Shown here piece after piece: positions 39,531 to 53,871 of a DNA stretch of 64,000 bases; position 1 is the stretch's first letter, and every line of letters begins with the position of its first letter. Below the pieces are notes generated by a model. The model saw nothing but the letters and a program-made list of their open reading frames with translations. It was not told the DNA's origin and searched no databases. Source of the DNA: Eledone cirrhosa (taxonomy: Eukaryota); NCBI GenBank assembly GCA_964016885.1, contig OZ024740.1, positions 51,708,001 through 51,772,000 of the forward strand. Direction: 5' to 3'. A program made the position numbers and the translations under genes.

Positions 39531-42124
39531 GTAAAATTTCACTAGGATAAATATTAACTCTTTCTAGCAGAGATAACGGACATTAAATGATGAATGAAGC
39601 TGCAATAAAAGTTAGTTTGCAGAGCTATTTCCTGTATTCTCTAAAAAAAACAATTAAGCAAATACCCAAGTCTACTATCCAAAGCTATCAGTACTGAAAG
39701 CTTGGGCTTTGTCTCTCTCTAAGCCTTAATCATATGTTGGACTAAAAAATATGAGCTGAGACATTTGTCAATTTTATAGTGTTTCTACTTCTTAGAGAAT
39801 TCAGTTATTCATACCCTATGGTGTCTAAATTCAGTTAAATTGACTGAGCCATATAGCCAACCTCTTAGATCATTATTGAGTATTCTAATGATTCAGCCAT
39901 CTGCAATCTAACTAAATAGAGAAGGTTATTTTGCTTATCTTGTAATGACTAGTATAGCTTCATTCAATGAGCAAATAGGTTTATACATGGTTGTGTGGTT
40001 ATGACAAAGTGCAAGTATGGCTATATGATTAAGAATGGACACAAAAATAGATGTATGTCCAAGAGTGGACACAGGCATGACTGTGTTAAGGGTGGGTATG
40101 GACAGGACTGTGTTAAGGATGGTGTAGGTATGACTGTGTGATCCAGGAGTCTGCTTCCCAATTATGTGGTTTCAAATTCAATCCCTAAGCATATGTCTAT
40201 ATCATACCCAGAGATTAACCAAAATCTTTTGAATTAAAATTTTGTAGATAGAAACTATCTGGAACCCTTATCAGGACTGTTTCTGTTGTTAGGTGGCAGA
40301 TTTAATCTGTAGTCAAATTTAGCAGCACCACTTGGCATTTGTGTGTATTTATTAAAGTTCACACTCTTGTTCATGCCAGGTACTCAATTTGAGAATAATT
40401 TCCTCCTATGCTTTCAAAAACGTCATAAGGGCTACTTTCTTTACCATGAACGAAACATCAAAAAATTTAAAATGATAATAGTGGAAAGTTTCTAAGTGAA
40501 ATAAGCAAGAATTCGATGAGTTACAGTTGGTTGAGGGAAGATATAAATTTAACATCACCATTATCATCATTTAATATTCATTTTCCCTATTATCCTGTTT
40601 CCAACACCAAGCAAATGTAGATACTCAAAATATTTAACTGTCATTAGCTCAGTTCATTTAGATGTAAATATATATCACTAAGAATTAAGAGGCCATAAGT
40701 AGAAGTATTGAAAGTACCATGTAATGAGTTTCTCAGAACGCAGTGATAAATTCAAATATTTCCACAGGAATATCATGGAAATGGATAGATTCTTGTAATG
40801 TGACAAACTAGAGAAAAAATATTTTTCAGTTTATATATTGTCATGCATTCTCTAAACAATGAAGTTGCTAGTTATAGGTTCCCAACAGGCTAATAACTGA
40901 TTCATAAGATTACCAATGGTAAATGACAAGTAAGGCAATGTCTGTTTCTCAGATGGAATACAAGGAATTTTCATCCAAACAGTTTATCATTTTTCTTGTT
41001 AATCTTAGCATCTTTAACTGAAATATATACACATATATAGTCTATGGTCCAAAGTGATAGGAAGGACATCCACTTGTAAAAACTACACAAAGAAGAAAGG
41101 AACAAACAAATGTAAGTAGAAAGGATGTGCTAAGCTTCATGAATACAAATTCTAGAGCTGGCAGCAAAATAAAATGAACCTAGTTTTAGCAATGAAGTGT
41201 TTAATGAAAAGAAGTCATTTGTAAAAGCTCTTCTAAAAAAATGATAAACACAGGACAATAGAGTTAACCTCTTTTGTTCTACTGTTGTGTGCATCTGATG
41301 AATGACTGTGATGAGAATAGCCATATTCCAAGGACCCAAGTCAGACTGGAATAGACATTGAATGATGAAGATATGATGACACATATAAATAACCTTTCAA
41401 TAGACAAAGTTCCATGCAATGGAATCAAACTTGGAAATATGTGGTGTCAAAGCAAACTTCTTACACACCTTGCCATATAATTTTCAGCTGGCACCCTTAT
41501 GATTTAGGTATTTACAAGGCATTGTAATCTCAAACATTTTATTAGATATATTTCTGTAACTACTTAAAAATGGTTTTGCAACATTATCTAAATGAAGTAG
41601 ACACAAGAGTATATATATATATATATACATATATAGATAGATATAGATATATTTATTCAGTCATTAAATAGCATATTTATATATACAATGTAATACAAAA
41701 TGTAAAGTTTTGTTAATGAATAATTCATTTTAGAGGGAGGGCATCAAGGACATTTTAAATGTTCAGGTTGGTTGTTTATAAATTTAGGAGAAATGGATCA
41801 ATTAATACTCTAAGTTACCATAGTAACAGCTATCAATTTAAGAAAACAGATATTCAATAATTTCTTTTATTCTTTTACATCCTCTATATAATCTTGTATA
41901 TAAGAGCAGTAACTCAGCCATTTTTTACATTTATTTTCATTTTGGCAAAATAAAGTTCACTGAATTCCTCAGAGCAGTTTTGAAAGTCTGTTAGAGTCTA
42001 TAAGGAAATATTTTGTTCCATGGTTAGTAGTAAGTATATCATAATGCCAGGCACATAGATCTTGTAAGCTTGAAAAATATTTTTTACTTTAGATCCAAAA
42101 TTTCCATCAAAGTAATTTTTTGTT

Positions 42125-42847
42125 TTAATCATCTTTCTTATTTGCTTCTGGTTCAGTCTTCTTCTGAAGAATAGAATATTCTTCTAACAACCTATCATAT
42201 TCACGTTGAGTTGCTTCAGATTGAGATTTCATGGCTGTCAAATCCATTTGATTTTGTTTCAATTCTCTTTTGGTCTCATCTAATAACACATCCGCTTTTT
42301 CCAGTTTCTCTCTGAGAGCCTGAAGACTTTTAGCAGCATCTTCCCTTTCAGAATTTGCCATATTTTCCTCTGGAGGTGCCGATGCATTCATAAATCTATT
42401 GGCAGCTTCATTAGCACTCACAGCTTGCTTGTGAGTTGCTTCCAAATCTACCATAAGTTGAGCTTGGGTGTTGATCAATTTGACAAGACGATTCAAGACC
42501 ATCCAAAGAAACAAAGAAAATCCAGAGATGTAAAAATTACGTTGAGCCCGAAACAGGTTCAAATGTTGATTCTGTCCAGCCCCTGGCATAACTACAGTCA
42601 TATCATCCAGTTTGTCGATTGCAATGTTGTATTTACGGAGATGCCAAATTGAGTCAACGAAAGCAACACCCAAAGCCAACATTAATAATCGAATATACAA
42701 ATTTGAATAGGTAGATATCAATGCTATAATGCGAGACTTAAACAATTTCCGCCATGTCAGTGGTGATATGAAGGGTAACAGAAATAAGAAAACTACTCCT
42801 ATTTCAAAATATAAGAAACAAGCAATTATAGTCCATTGCAAACCCAT
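42125..42847 (-). CDS. BCAP31: B-cell receptor-associated protein 31/29-like ER membrane protein, copy 2 (240 aa)
   Basis: Same motifs as copy 1; intact ORF ending KKDD. Confidence 0.93.
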   Translation of the reverse strand: MGLQWTIIACFLYFEIGVVFLFLLPFISPLTWRKLFKSRIIALISTYSNLYIRLLMLALGVAFVDSIWHLRKYNIAIDKLDDMTVVMPGAGQNQHLNLFRAQRNFYISGFSLFLWMVLNRLVKLINTQAQLMVDLEATHKQAVSANEAANRFMNASAPPEENMANSEREDAAKSLQALREKLEKADVLLDETKRELKQNQMDLTAMKSQSEATQREYDRLLEEYSILQKKTEPEANKKDD

Positions 42848-42951
42848 GTTGAAAATATGAGTTTGACGTGAAAGATGTGGTTGATGATGCAGTCCTAGAA
42901 CCTCTGGCTTCTAAATGGACTCAGTTCCTGTAAGTATATTTATATTCATTT

Positions 42952-42986
<35 letters not shown>

Positions 42987-44509
42987 TGTTAAATATTTAG
43001 GATTGTAATAGATTTCATTCAAACATTTTCAAACAACAAAGAAAAATGTACTATTTCTAAATTGAGTTTATTTTTTTGGTATATATTTATATATTTATAT
43101 ACTATCATATGTGTGTATAGATTTCACATCAAAGGTCATTATTTTAGCTATATCAAATTGGAGAGGGTGTCCATTATATATTTTAAAATGGAATATAATA
43201 CTTATTATTATTACAGTTCAAAACAAAAATTAACAATCAAAGTGCTTTTCCCTAGCTTGGCATGTAGACCAATTAGGGAAGAACACATTCGTTTTTGTTT
43301 TACATTCGAAGAGGGTAGTAGCCCTGAAATATCACGTTGAAATATACTGAGTAAAACATTATTTTTTGTTTTATTTGTCATCCTTTGCCCTTTATATATA
43401 TATTTCTACTGCATTGTACCAGCTTTCTGAAACTTATCAGTCGTTTATTACATATCTCACATGCTTCATAACTATACTACTTTATTAATAAAAAGAAATA
43501 CTTCAACAAAGGTGCCATAGATATAATTAATCTGGTTTGAAATTTTTGTAAAAGAATAAAATGTTCTAAGTGGATAGGAAGGGATTATTTCATTTTTCAA
43601 ATTGAGAAGGATAATTTTTGAAGTAACTATTTCTAAAGCTTCAATTAGACAAAACTTGCATTTAGTTCTACCCCTTACTAAGGTTTTGCAGAATTAATAA
43701 GTTTTTTTTCGTTTTATTATTTGTACCAGCTTTTTAAAATTTATCAGTCATTTATTACACACATATATATATATGTATGTGTGTATGTATGTAAACTATA
43801 TTTTTAGAACTGTTGAGCAGTAGGAAGTTTTTGAATTAGTCAAAAACGTTGAAGCTAATAACTTTCTATGAAAAATAGTTTAATGAGTTGGGCACTGAAC
43901 AAATGTTCTCTCTAATGTCTTTGATTCATTTAGTTATTTTTTCCAGAGACTGATTTTCTTCAAAATATCTTGTTCTTTTTCTGTTTATATATCTTTAGCT
44001 GTTGCCATCTCCATCAGTAAATAGTTTTCCTTACATAACTAACAAATAAGCTACTCTCAAACTAGCTTTAGCTACAGCTTCATTATCAACATTTATGCAA
44101 AAGAAAATCTACTGTCATATAAAAATAATATTTCAGGCCTTCATATTTTATGTAATGTAGCTTGATTTGCCATGTATATGTAGCTCAATATAAATTTAGT
44201 ATATGTTATAAATATTTGAAATTCCACTGATATATATAGATATATACACACACACACACACCCATAATATCCAATGGAACCATCCAGCCCAGACTGTAAA
44301 GTGGTTGTGTAGGTGTCGTGACAAAAAGCACCCATCACACACTGTAAATGTGGTTGGCATTAGGAATGGCATCCAGCTGTAGAAACCAAGCCAAAAGCAG
44401 TTCTGTATGACCAAGTGACCAAGGCATAGTTACCAGACCTGACATTTCTTACAACATGACAACTTGTCTAACCCATGCTAGTATGGAAAAATGGACGTTA
44501 AACGGTGAT

Positions 44510-44547
<38 letters not shown>

Positions 44548-44570
44548 TATATTTATATCTGGAATTTATA

Positions 44571-45144
44571 TCTATACTATAATAAAGGGAGGAGTGCGAG
44601 ACAGGATCCGTTTTATATTTTTTAATTGTTAGTAAAACAAGTTGGATTACTTTGAATAAATAATGAATGAATATTACATCATTTATGTACTAAATTTCGT
44701 ACCTATTGATTTAACATAAATATTCTTATATATAATGATTTCTTATTTTAAGATTCACTTCTTTTAAAATTTGCAAATGTCAATACTTCCGGTTTTGATA
44801 TAACGTACGCTATATCACATATCGCTTATATAAACGTTCATATATTTGCATCGTTATATCATAACGTTTATATTTCTGTCGCTAATTTTCTCCTTTTTCG
44901 TTTTCATTACGTTTCACCGTAATGCAGTTAATATATAATATCGTCTTTTTTTAAATATATCATGGATTACTTTACTGATTACAGAAGGCAGTGTAACACA
45001 GTCTCTCTTTAATTTCTGTGCATATTCTGAATTACGATTTTATTTTATGTATTATATCTACATGCATATATATTTGCGTATAATATCAATATGCACACTA
45101 CACATGCTAGCAGAAAACCACATAAAGGGTGGTTTTTCTGCTAG
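44571..45144 (+). mobile_element. Complete non-autonomous Helitron (574 bp)
   Basis: A|TCTATACTATAATAAA ... gcagaaaaccacataaagggtggtttttctg-CTAG|T; inserted in an AT dinucleotide with no TSD. Confidence 0.8.
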
Positions 45145-47575
45145 TATATTTAATTAGAAAGTTAGTAGCTTGAACGTTTTATGACTATGAAAAATAGTCT
45201 AGTGAGCTAGGCACATGGGTGTAGAGAATGCTTGTGGTTAGTATGTTTGGATCTATTAGGGCTCCTCCTTTAAGCTTATGTTGTATTATGGATTGTCTTA
45301 GACTTAAATCATAATTTACTTACTCTAATACACTCTGTTATGTTACATATGCAATTTTAGTATTTAGATGTCACAACTTGAGACCAGCGAAGGAGAATAC
45401 CAGGATAAAGAAATGAGAAAAATCTAGTTGATTACTGGATATGGGACGATTTACTGGATATGGGACTCTGAACTCAGCAACCCAATGTAAAACTTTTTCC
45501 CATCCAGAGACACCCAACCTAGGATAGCAGTCAATGAACCCATCAATCAACTTAACAGAAGCATGACCATGAAAAGCTCTAGGTGTACACACAGATAGCA
45601 GATTCAACCAATAAGCATATAGGGATCACAACTAGAAGGCTTGATAGACAAAAGATGTCTCTGGTTGAGACATTAACAACCTTATTTATTTTCTTTTATA
45701 GATTTTCATGCAACTGTCTGATGATGCCATGCCAGCTATTGTTGTAATTGCATAACTACAATGTACTGGCAGAAATGTGCATAACAAATATAATTATGTA
45801 ATTACACAAAACTGTCTTAACATTTGTGTGTGTATATATATATACACATACATATACATGTGATAAGCTTTCATAGTTTCTGCCTACCAAATTTCACAAC
45901 TGACATTGATCTACTTGAGGCTATAGTGGAAGACACTTGCCCAGTGTGCCATGCAATAAGACTAAACCAGAAACCTTGTGGTAGTGAAGCAAACTTCTTA
46001 ACCACACAGTCATGCCTATAAAACACAAGATTTCCAGTACATTTCTCTGGCCCTGGATGAACCAACATATGTCTGTCATTATTGCTATTTAGAAGTGATA
46101 GAAGAACGAGTTTCCATAGTTTTCTGATTAATAACATAATTAAATAGTTAATTTGAAGTTTGAATAATCCAGAATGTGCAATACATTCTATAACAAAATG
46201 CAATGTCAAAAGTGAACATGCCAAGAAATTAATCCACTTTTTTGTACAGTATTTTACTTGAATTTTTTAAATAAATTTATGAGAAACAAAATTGATGATC
46301 TGAAGATTGAGATTTCAATTCTCATGTGTGGACAAAAATCTGTTTCACTACATTATTCATCAGTAGATACTTTCTGGAAAACAGATATATCATGTGTAAC
46401 AAACAGAACCAGTTGTATCAAATGTGAATTTAATTTGATGGCATTTAAGTAGAGGACTCTTCTATCTGATCACGTGCATAACAACTTCCCCAGTGTTGGT
46501 GCCATGATAAAATGTACCTAATACACTCAGTAAAGTGGTTGGCATTAGGAAGGGCTATTTACCGTGTATCAGACTTTGACAACCCATTTAACACATGCCA
46601 CAAGTAAAGCTGGCGTAAATGATGAGGATGATGATGCTCTCAATCATTGTCACTTTCTAGAACTTTTGAAAAGAAAATAGAAATTGATTATAGCAATTTA
46701 CTGTACAACACTGCTGTTAACATGGATCTGTAGTAGTGAAATTATCTTATGATATTTTGTTTTAACTTCAGAGAGAGATTAACAATTTTTTTAAATGAAA
46801 AACATAACCAAGAAGCAAATTCACCATTTCCTTTTGAATCCATTCAAAACATTTGCACTAGTATGAAGCGACAGATTCAACAGTTTTTGTGGGTTTTTTT
46901 AGATCTTGATGAAGAAGTGAAAGTTTTTAAAATCTTTCAAAATCAATTGAACTGATCAATGAACTTCCATCAGAATTGGCCTGTAGCCAAATGACAATTT
47001 AACTCAAATACCAAATCGTTTGAAACTATGTGATGGAACTGTTTGTTTCAAAATGTTTATATTTATCTAAAAAAATACTTCCATCATAATTTTATGTAAG
47101 AATCTTTAAGTTATGATCCAAACACTAGCATAATAAGGAAAAAAAATATTTTTATTATTATTTATTAAACTGCCCACCTATGTGACATGCACCACACATT
47201 CAAAATCACTATATTAATAGATACATAAGAGGAAAGCTTAAACCTTTCAATATCAAACCACCTATTACTGTCCTTAGTGTTATAATACAAAACTATTTTA
47301 ATCTATTTATCTATCTAAAAACATTCCATTTTAATTTTATGTAAGAACCTTTCATAAGTTATGCTCCAAACACCAGTTTATTATAGAGGAAATTAATTTT
47401 ATTACTAAATCCTCCAAATTATTTTCAAAGTGATTTCAAAATCATAGGTAGTACCTGCCTTTCATGGTTTTGATTTTGACCCCATAATGAGTTTAAAACC
47501 TGTCATGGGACCCTGAGCCTTCAAGATTTCTATAGCAGGGACGAAATGACTTTAGTTATCACCAACAGTTTGATC

Positions 47576-47610
<35 letters not shown>

Positions 47611-50600
47611 GGGTTTAGCGTCCGTGTTCCACGCTTGCATGGGTTTGGACGGGGGTTTTCCCACTTGAGGCAAGAGTGGTTGTCTTGCTCGCATAGGACT
47701 GTCTGGCGGGTTTTCTACAGTTGGATGCCCTTCCTAGCACCAACCACATTTACAGTGTGGGGCTGGGAGGTTTTTACCGTGTTGCCTACACGGCCACATT
47801 ACAGCGTGGACTGTCTGGCGGGTTTTCTACAGCTGGATGCCCTTCCTAGCACCAACCACATTTACAGTGTGGGGCTGGGAGGTTTTTACCGTGTTGCCTA
47901 CACGGCCACATTTACACCGTGGACTGTGTGTTTTTTGTCGTGACACCTACACGATCTCATTTGTTTCGGCCTGGATGTTGTGGGACCAACATAACTTTAC
48001 ATTGAAAGAGGCGGTGTGGATGGGGTGGAGGTGGTGAACTGACACAATCTATAGGACCAGTTGGGTCTAAATGTTCATTGTTCCTTTTTTATATTTTAGT
48101 TTTCTTAATGATTTTAATTCAAATGGTAACTAGGAATACAAATACAAATGTATTAATATATTTCGTTTGAATTTGATGTGTCAAAATATTACATTTTAAG
48201 CCTTAAAAAATAAATGTAGTAGGGAAAAAAATGGAAGAATAAGTAACAATTTATTTAAAAACTATAAAAAAGGGTAATTTATTTAAAACAGTGGAAAATT
48301 CTATCTATAAAGATTAAAAAAGAAAAGGAAAAAAAAACCCACTGAAAACACTTAAATCCTCATTTAAACCTTTTTTTTTTGCAAGTCAGAAGTGTGATTT
48401 TTTTTCTGTGATTTTATTTCCATTCATGGAATAAAATTTCAAATTTTCAGCAAGTTAAACTGTCCAGTACTAATGTTAAGGATATTTTGTTTTACCATCA
48501 TCATTGTTTAACGTCTATTTTCCATGCTTGCATGGGTTAGATGGGTTGTCACATTATGAAACAAGTCAGGTCAGTTGACCATGTCTTGCTCATATAGATC
48601 TGTGGATGCCCTTCCTAATGCCAAACGTTACAGCATGAACTGGATACTTTTTTGTCATGGTAGGTTCCAGCACAACCACCTACAGGGTGGACTGGGTGCT
48701 TTTTATTGTCAAAATTGACAACCATTTCAATGTCACTATTCTGTAAAGGACTCAATACACCACGTTGCACAAATATTGTGGCATTAGTAGAAAAATTTTG
48801 CATGGCAGAACATGACTGTTTTCGGACTTCTAGAATGAGGGAGCTCATCTTAAAAATTCAGTGGAAGCTGAGAATATTTTGAAGTGTGACAGATATTCAC
48901 AGGATCTTGACTGATGTACCCTCTATCTATAGATCTTGATTGTACTAATTCACTGTTGCTTCTTTTCAGAACTGGCACTTAGGTATTTAGTCCTAGAGTA
49001 GCTCTACAATGAATGTTCCCTTCTACCAGTTATGTGCCCCATTGTCCTAAATAAAATATTTTCAACTTCAGTTTGGCAAACTGACAAATCTAAAATTTGA
49101 CACTTCTTGCTCTGATCACATTAAGAAAACAAAGCTTGCATTCTCCACTAGTCTACCCTCAACCATACCAAATCCTGAGACAGGTTATAACACTGTATGA
49201 CTCTCTCCAGTGCTATGTAGCAAACATGTTTAGTGATTAATTTATTGGTAACAGGAAATCATTCATCATCATCATGTAACATATATTTTTCCATACTTGC
49301 ATGGGTTAGATGGGTTGTCACGTTACGAGACAAGCCAGGTTGGGTGACCACATCTTGTGCATACAGATCTGTATTTTGGCTTGGTTTCAATAGCTGGATG
49401 CCTTACCTAATGGCAACCACGTTAGTGTGGACTGAATGCTTTTTTATCATGACATCAAAAGAACCATCTAACAGGGATGACTGGTAGCTTTTTCATTGTG
49501 TCCCCAACATGACTACCTTACAGGGTGAACTGAGCACTTTTTGTCATGTCACTAGCTTGACTACCTTCTACCTTACAGGTTGAACTGGTTGCTTTGTTTC
49601 TTGCGTCACCAATTTAATTTATAAAACTCTGAATCTTAAAAGTTTGTTAATGGCAGCATCAGCCATGCTTCTTTTCTTTCCTATATACCAATCAGCTCTT
49701 TCACAACAGATTGTTTGCATTCAGTCGGGAACTCCTTTCACATATAATTGATTTCCTTGCTATTCCTGGCCTGGCCATTTTATATACCTAAAGCAAAACA
49801 TCCCATGTTTTCATTATTGAAGTTGTTAGTAGTTGAACACTAAATAAAACAGATACAGAGTGATATGCATTCAGGCATGACCAGTCTTGTTGGTGGAGCA
49901 TGTCTAGACCTACATTATCTAATGTATTATTTTTTCAAGATGGTAGTGTATGATTTATATTTTCTTTCATCGACTTTCTTAATGCACTTATGTTGATGGA
50001 ATTAAAAAAAAAACTCATAAAATTGTCATTGTCATTGTATTTCCCGTAGGAAAACTGACATCATCCTGATTGATTGTCATCATAAAATTGGAATACAAGG
50101 TGAAAAAATTCAAAAAATTCCGAGTTTATGTTTAGCCTACTTGCAAACACAAATCAATGGTATTTAATAATGAAAACATTAGCAAACGGAACTATATACA
50201 ATAATTGTTTCTACGTTAGGCACAAGGCCAGCAATTACCTAGTGCAATAATGACAGTATAAAAATGATTAATAAAAAAAAATATTTAATCAAAATAATCG
50301 TAATCTCAGCAACATTTCATTTAAACATAAGCAACTCTTTAAGTTATAAGGAAACAACACCGGGTGCGTGGGACGGTTATTTTTGTTAAATAATAATAAT
50401 TATTTCTATATTGACCCCAATAACGATTTGTACTTTAGGCACAAGGTCAGTAATTTGATGATGTGGGTAAAACGATAATACCAAATCCAGTTCTTGACTG
50501 GTACTTTATTTTATACACATCGGCGGAGATAATAATAAATGATGTTCTAATTTTTAATGTTTAGCTTCAGATCAACACTAACCGAGTAGACCTAGTATAA

Positions 50601-51959
50601 TGATAATAATAGTTCTGAGAAACGAAAAAGTTATCTATTACGTAGTAAAAACTAATATTCGATAACCGGCTAGAAACAGTAGCCATATCACCCTCAAATC
50701 ATACCCTTCTGCAAATGATTGTGAATGGGGAATGCAATTTTATCTAAATTTTACATATCTTTTTAACACCAAACATGTTTATATAGTGAGGTGGAGATGT
50801 CATGGTGGGGCCCTGAACAGAAAAAAATAATTAAAATATAGGCACATTGGTATTATGAGATAGTCACGTCTGGAAATACCTTTGATTATAAGCTCTGCTC
50901 GAACAATGTGGATTGGGAACAGATAAACACTAACTTAATATAAATAATCATACACATATACATGGAGTTAATTTTTTTTCTTTTCGAACAAAATCTAAAT
51001 TTTACAAAGACATGAAAACATTACAATACACATTAGTAATGAACATCTTTTTTCTGACATAAAGAAAGAAGAAAAATTTAAAATTATAATAAAATAAAAT
51101 ATGCAGACTTCTGAGGTAAAGCATAGGTAAGTGTATAATTACGTGTGTATATATTAAGATTATAGAAAGCAAGTAATTCTCTGCTTTTCTCAGCAATGAT
51201 GGCGCCGCAAGTCAGCCTCGTTTTCGTTTCTTTCTGTTAAAACAATCGATATGCAAACCTTGATCTTCTGTTCTCAGTCTCACTCCCAAACAGCGCATGT
51301 ATTGGTTAATATAAACCAACGATGAAACTTTACGTGGTCCTAAATATATATTCTATTTCAAGCTTTGAGAAAATCTCGGAAAATTGATCCTAGAATAAGA
51401 ATAGGAAATATATCACTAGATTAATTGCGAATATACACGTCAAAATTTTGGTAAGGATGGTTAGTTTGTTAAGTTTGGGGTTAAAGTTCATTAAAAGTAA
51501 AGTTCGTTAGGTTAAAGGTTAAAAGAGTTATTAATCATTTTGCTAAAAAAAATCAATTGTGGACCAGTAGAATCTTATTTTGTGCATTGTATTAGATTAT
51601 TTGACAGAATCGTTGGAGTGTCGGGCAAAATGTTTTATGGTAATTAGTTGCAGCTCTCCACGTCATGAGTTCAAATCCCGCTGAGGTCAACTTTGCCTTT
51701 CATCCTTCTCATAAAATAAAGTGCCTGTCAAGTACTTGGTCGATTTAATTGGCTTCCCCATCAATAAAATCGCAGGCATTGGGCTTAAATCAGAAACAAT
51801 TATGTGGATTGAGAGTATTGATAGAGCGTTGAATAACTTGCTTGGTGACATATAGTTACGTCCCTTTATGTTCTTAGTTCAAATCCCGCTGAGGTTAACT
51901 TTGCCTTTCATCCTTACAGGATCGATAAAATAAACACTAACAATTGCCAAACTCACCAA

Positions 51960-53800
51960 ATGAAAGCCTAAAGTAAGAAAATATCAATTTCACAAGACTG
52001 ACTTGGCTAAGTTTACTAATTATTTAGAAGCTGAACTACAAACAAATACCCCACAACAAATTTTACAATATCCAATCAGCTACACAACTAAAAAATAAAT
52101 CTACAAAATAAAGATACAATCACTGAGAAAGTACCTTAAACGTATATAAATAACAATAATAAAGATAATGACTACAATAAGGCATGGTGGAGCTAATAAT
52201 TAAAACAACTAAGAATAGAAATGACCTAATCATTAAAAAAGTGGAAATACCATCCAACAGATTCCAATTATGAAAATTATAAAGGGTTAAAGAAAAAGTT
52301 TAAAAGGCAAATAAAACAAGCCAAAAAAGATTTCTGGTCTAGCAAAGCTAACCTGGAGTCCATGGGTGATATATGAAACATGTACAACTCAATGATCAAA
52401 CCCAAATCGCCCTAAGAAAATCAAGAGCTATTAATACATGATTAATAGTGAGGTAATCTCAGACACTTCCAAACTTTCATTGCTATTTGCAAAATCATTT
52501 TTCGACAACGTTTTGTTTACAGAATCCACTCCAAATGTTGACTTCCCACATATTATTGAACAAGAGCTACTAGCAGTTAAGGATGAGATAAAAGAGGAAA
52601 TGGCCACAGGTTCAGATGGAATATCTAATTTAATCATAAATGAAACTAATTTAATAGTATAATTAAATTTCAACATCATCCAGATATATGAAAATTTACC
52701 CATACACTAGTAATACCTAAACCGAATAAAGACAACTATCACTCTGCCAGATCATATCATCCATTAGGTCTATCTTGTATCTAAAATACAAGAAAAAACT
52801 ATAGGTAATAGATTATCTTACTTAGGAGATACAATGAACATTTTCCCCAAATCTCAGCTTGGATTTGAGAGAATAGAAACACTGAGAATTGTGTACATGA
52901 AATAATCACATTCATCAGAAACTCAAAACTCTTGGAAAAATCTAGCTTATGATAATGTAGAATATGTCACTCTAGTTAAAAAAATACATTCATTTAAAAT
53001 TCCCATCTATCTTTGCAACTGGGCTGAAAGCTTTTTCTCTAATTATAGTACAAATCTGATTTTTGGAAACAAGAAAAGCGAAATTATTTACCTTCTAAAG
53101 TGCCTCCCACAGGGTTTTCAAGTCTCATCCATTCTCTTTCTATATCACACAATGGACTTGTTTACATCTCTAAATAAAATTGTGGAAGTATCAGGTTTTG
53201 CAGATGATATCAACTTATACACTTCATCTAGTATCATCAACAACAACAAAACCAAATTATGCACAGCCCTATCAACTGCAACTGAATGGGCAAAAGAAAA
53301 TGGCCAACAATTTGGTCCCTCTAAGACACAATTGATTCATTTCCATAATCCTGAACCTATTAATTATAATTATCAATTGATGAAATATATTTAATGAATC
53401 AACTATTGATACCGCAAAAATTCATAAAAACCTTGGTATTTGGTTACAATCTGATTTGAAATGGGACTCTCATCTCAAGAACTCACTGAAACCCCCCCCC
53501 CCCTCAACATGGCATGTAATTAATTAAAGTTATTTCAAAGAAATTACACTACCTAAAATATAAATACTTGAGATTATATAATAAGGGTCATCAACACTCA
53601 ATTTTTGTATGGTAGCTGGGTTTGAGGGGACACAAGCACTAGCTATCTTCAAGCTATCAATAGATTTTGTACCTAAATTGGTAAAACTATATTGGGATGC
53701 CTAAGATCTACTCCCAAGAGAGCTATTTTTCACTAAGCAAGGTTAACCCCCTACTCATCTGTTGATAGAAGGGTCTAGGGAATGTAAACTTCTAACTGCT
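51960..53800 (+). mobile_element. Old I/Jockey-group LINE RT remnant
   Basis: GSDGISN, IPKPNKDNY..SY.PLGL, LPQG..SSILF, GFADDINL, LGIWLQSDLKWDSH in broken frames. Confidence 0.75.
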
Positions 53801-53871
53801 TAGTTTAAATGCAAAAGAAAACAACATGCCATTTGGCTTCCTCCAATAAAAATAGTTTAAAATAACAATTC

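Noticed and set aside
46250-47000. Possible hAT/Buster transposase traces
   Set aside because: Too decayed to assign from motifs by eye
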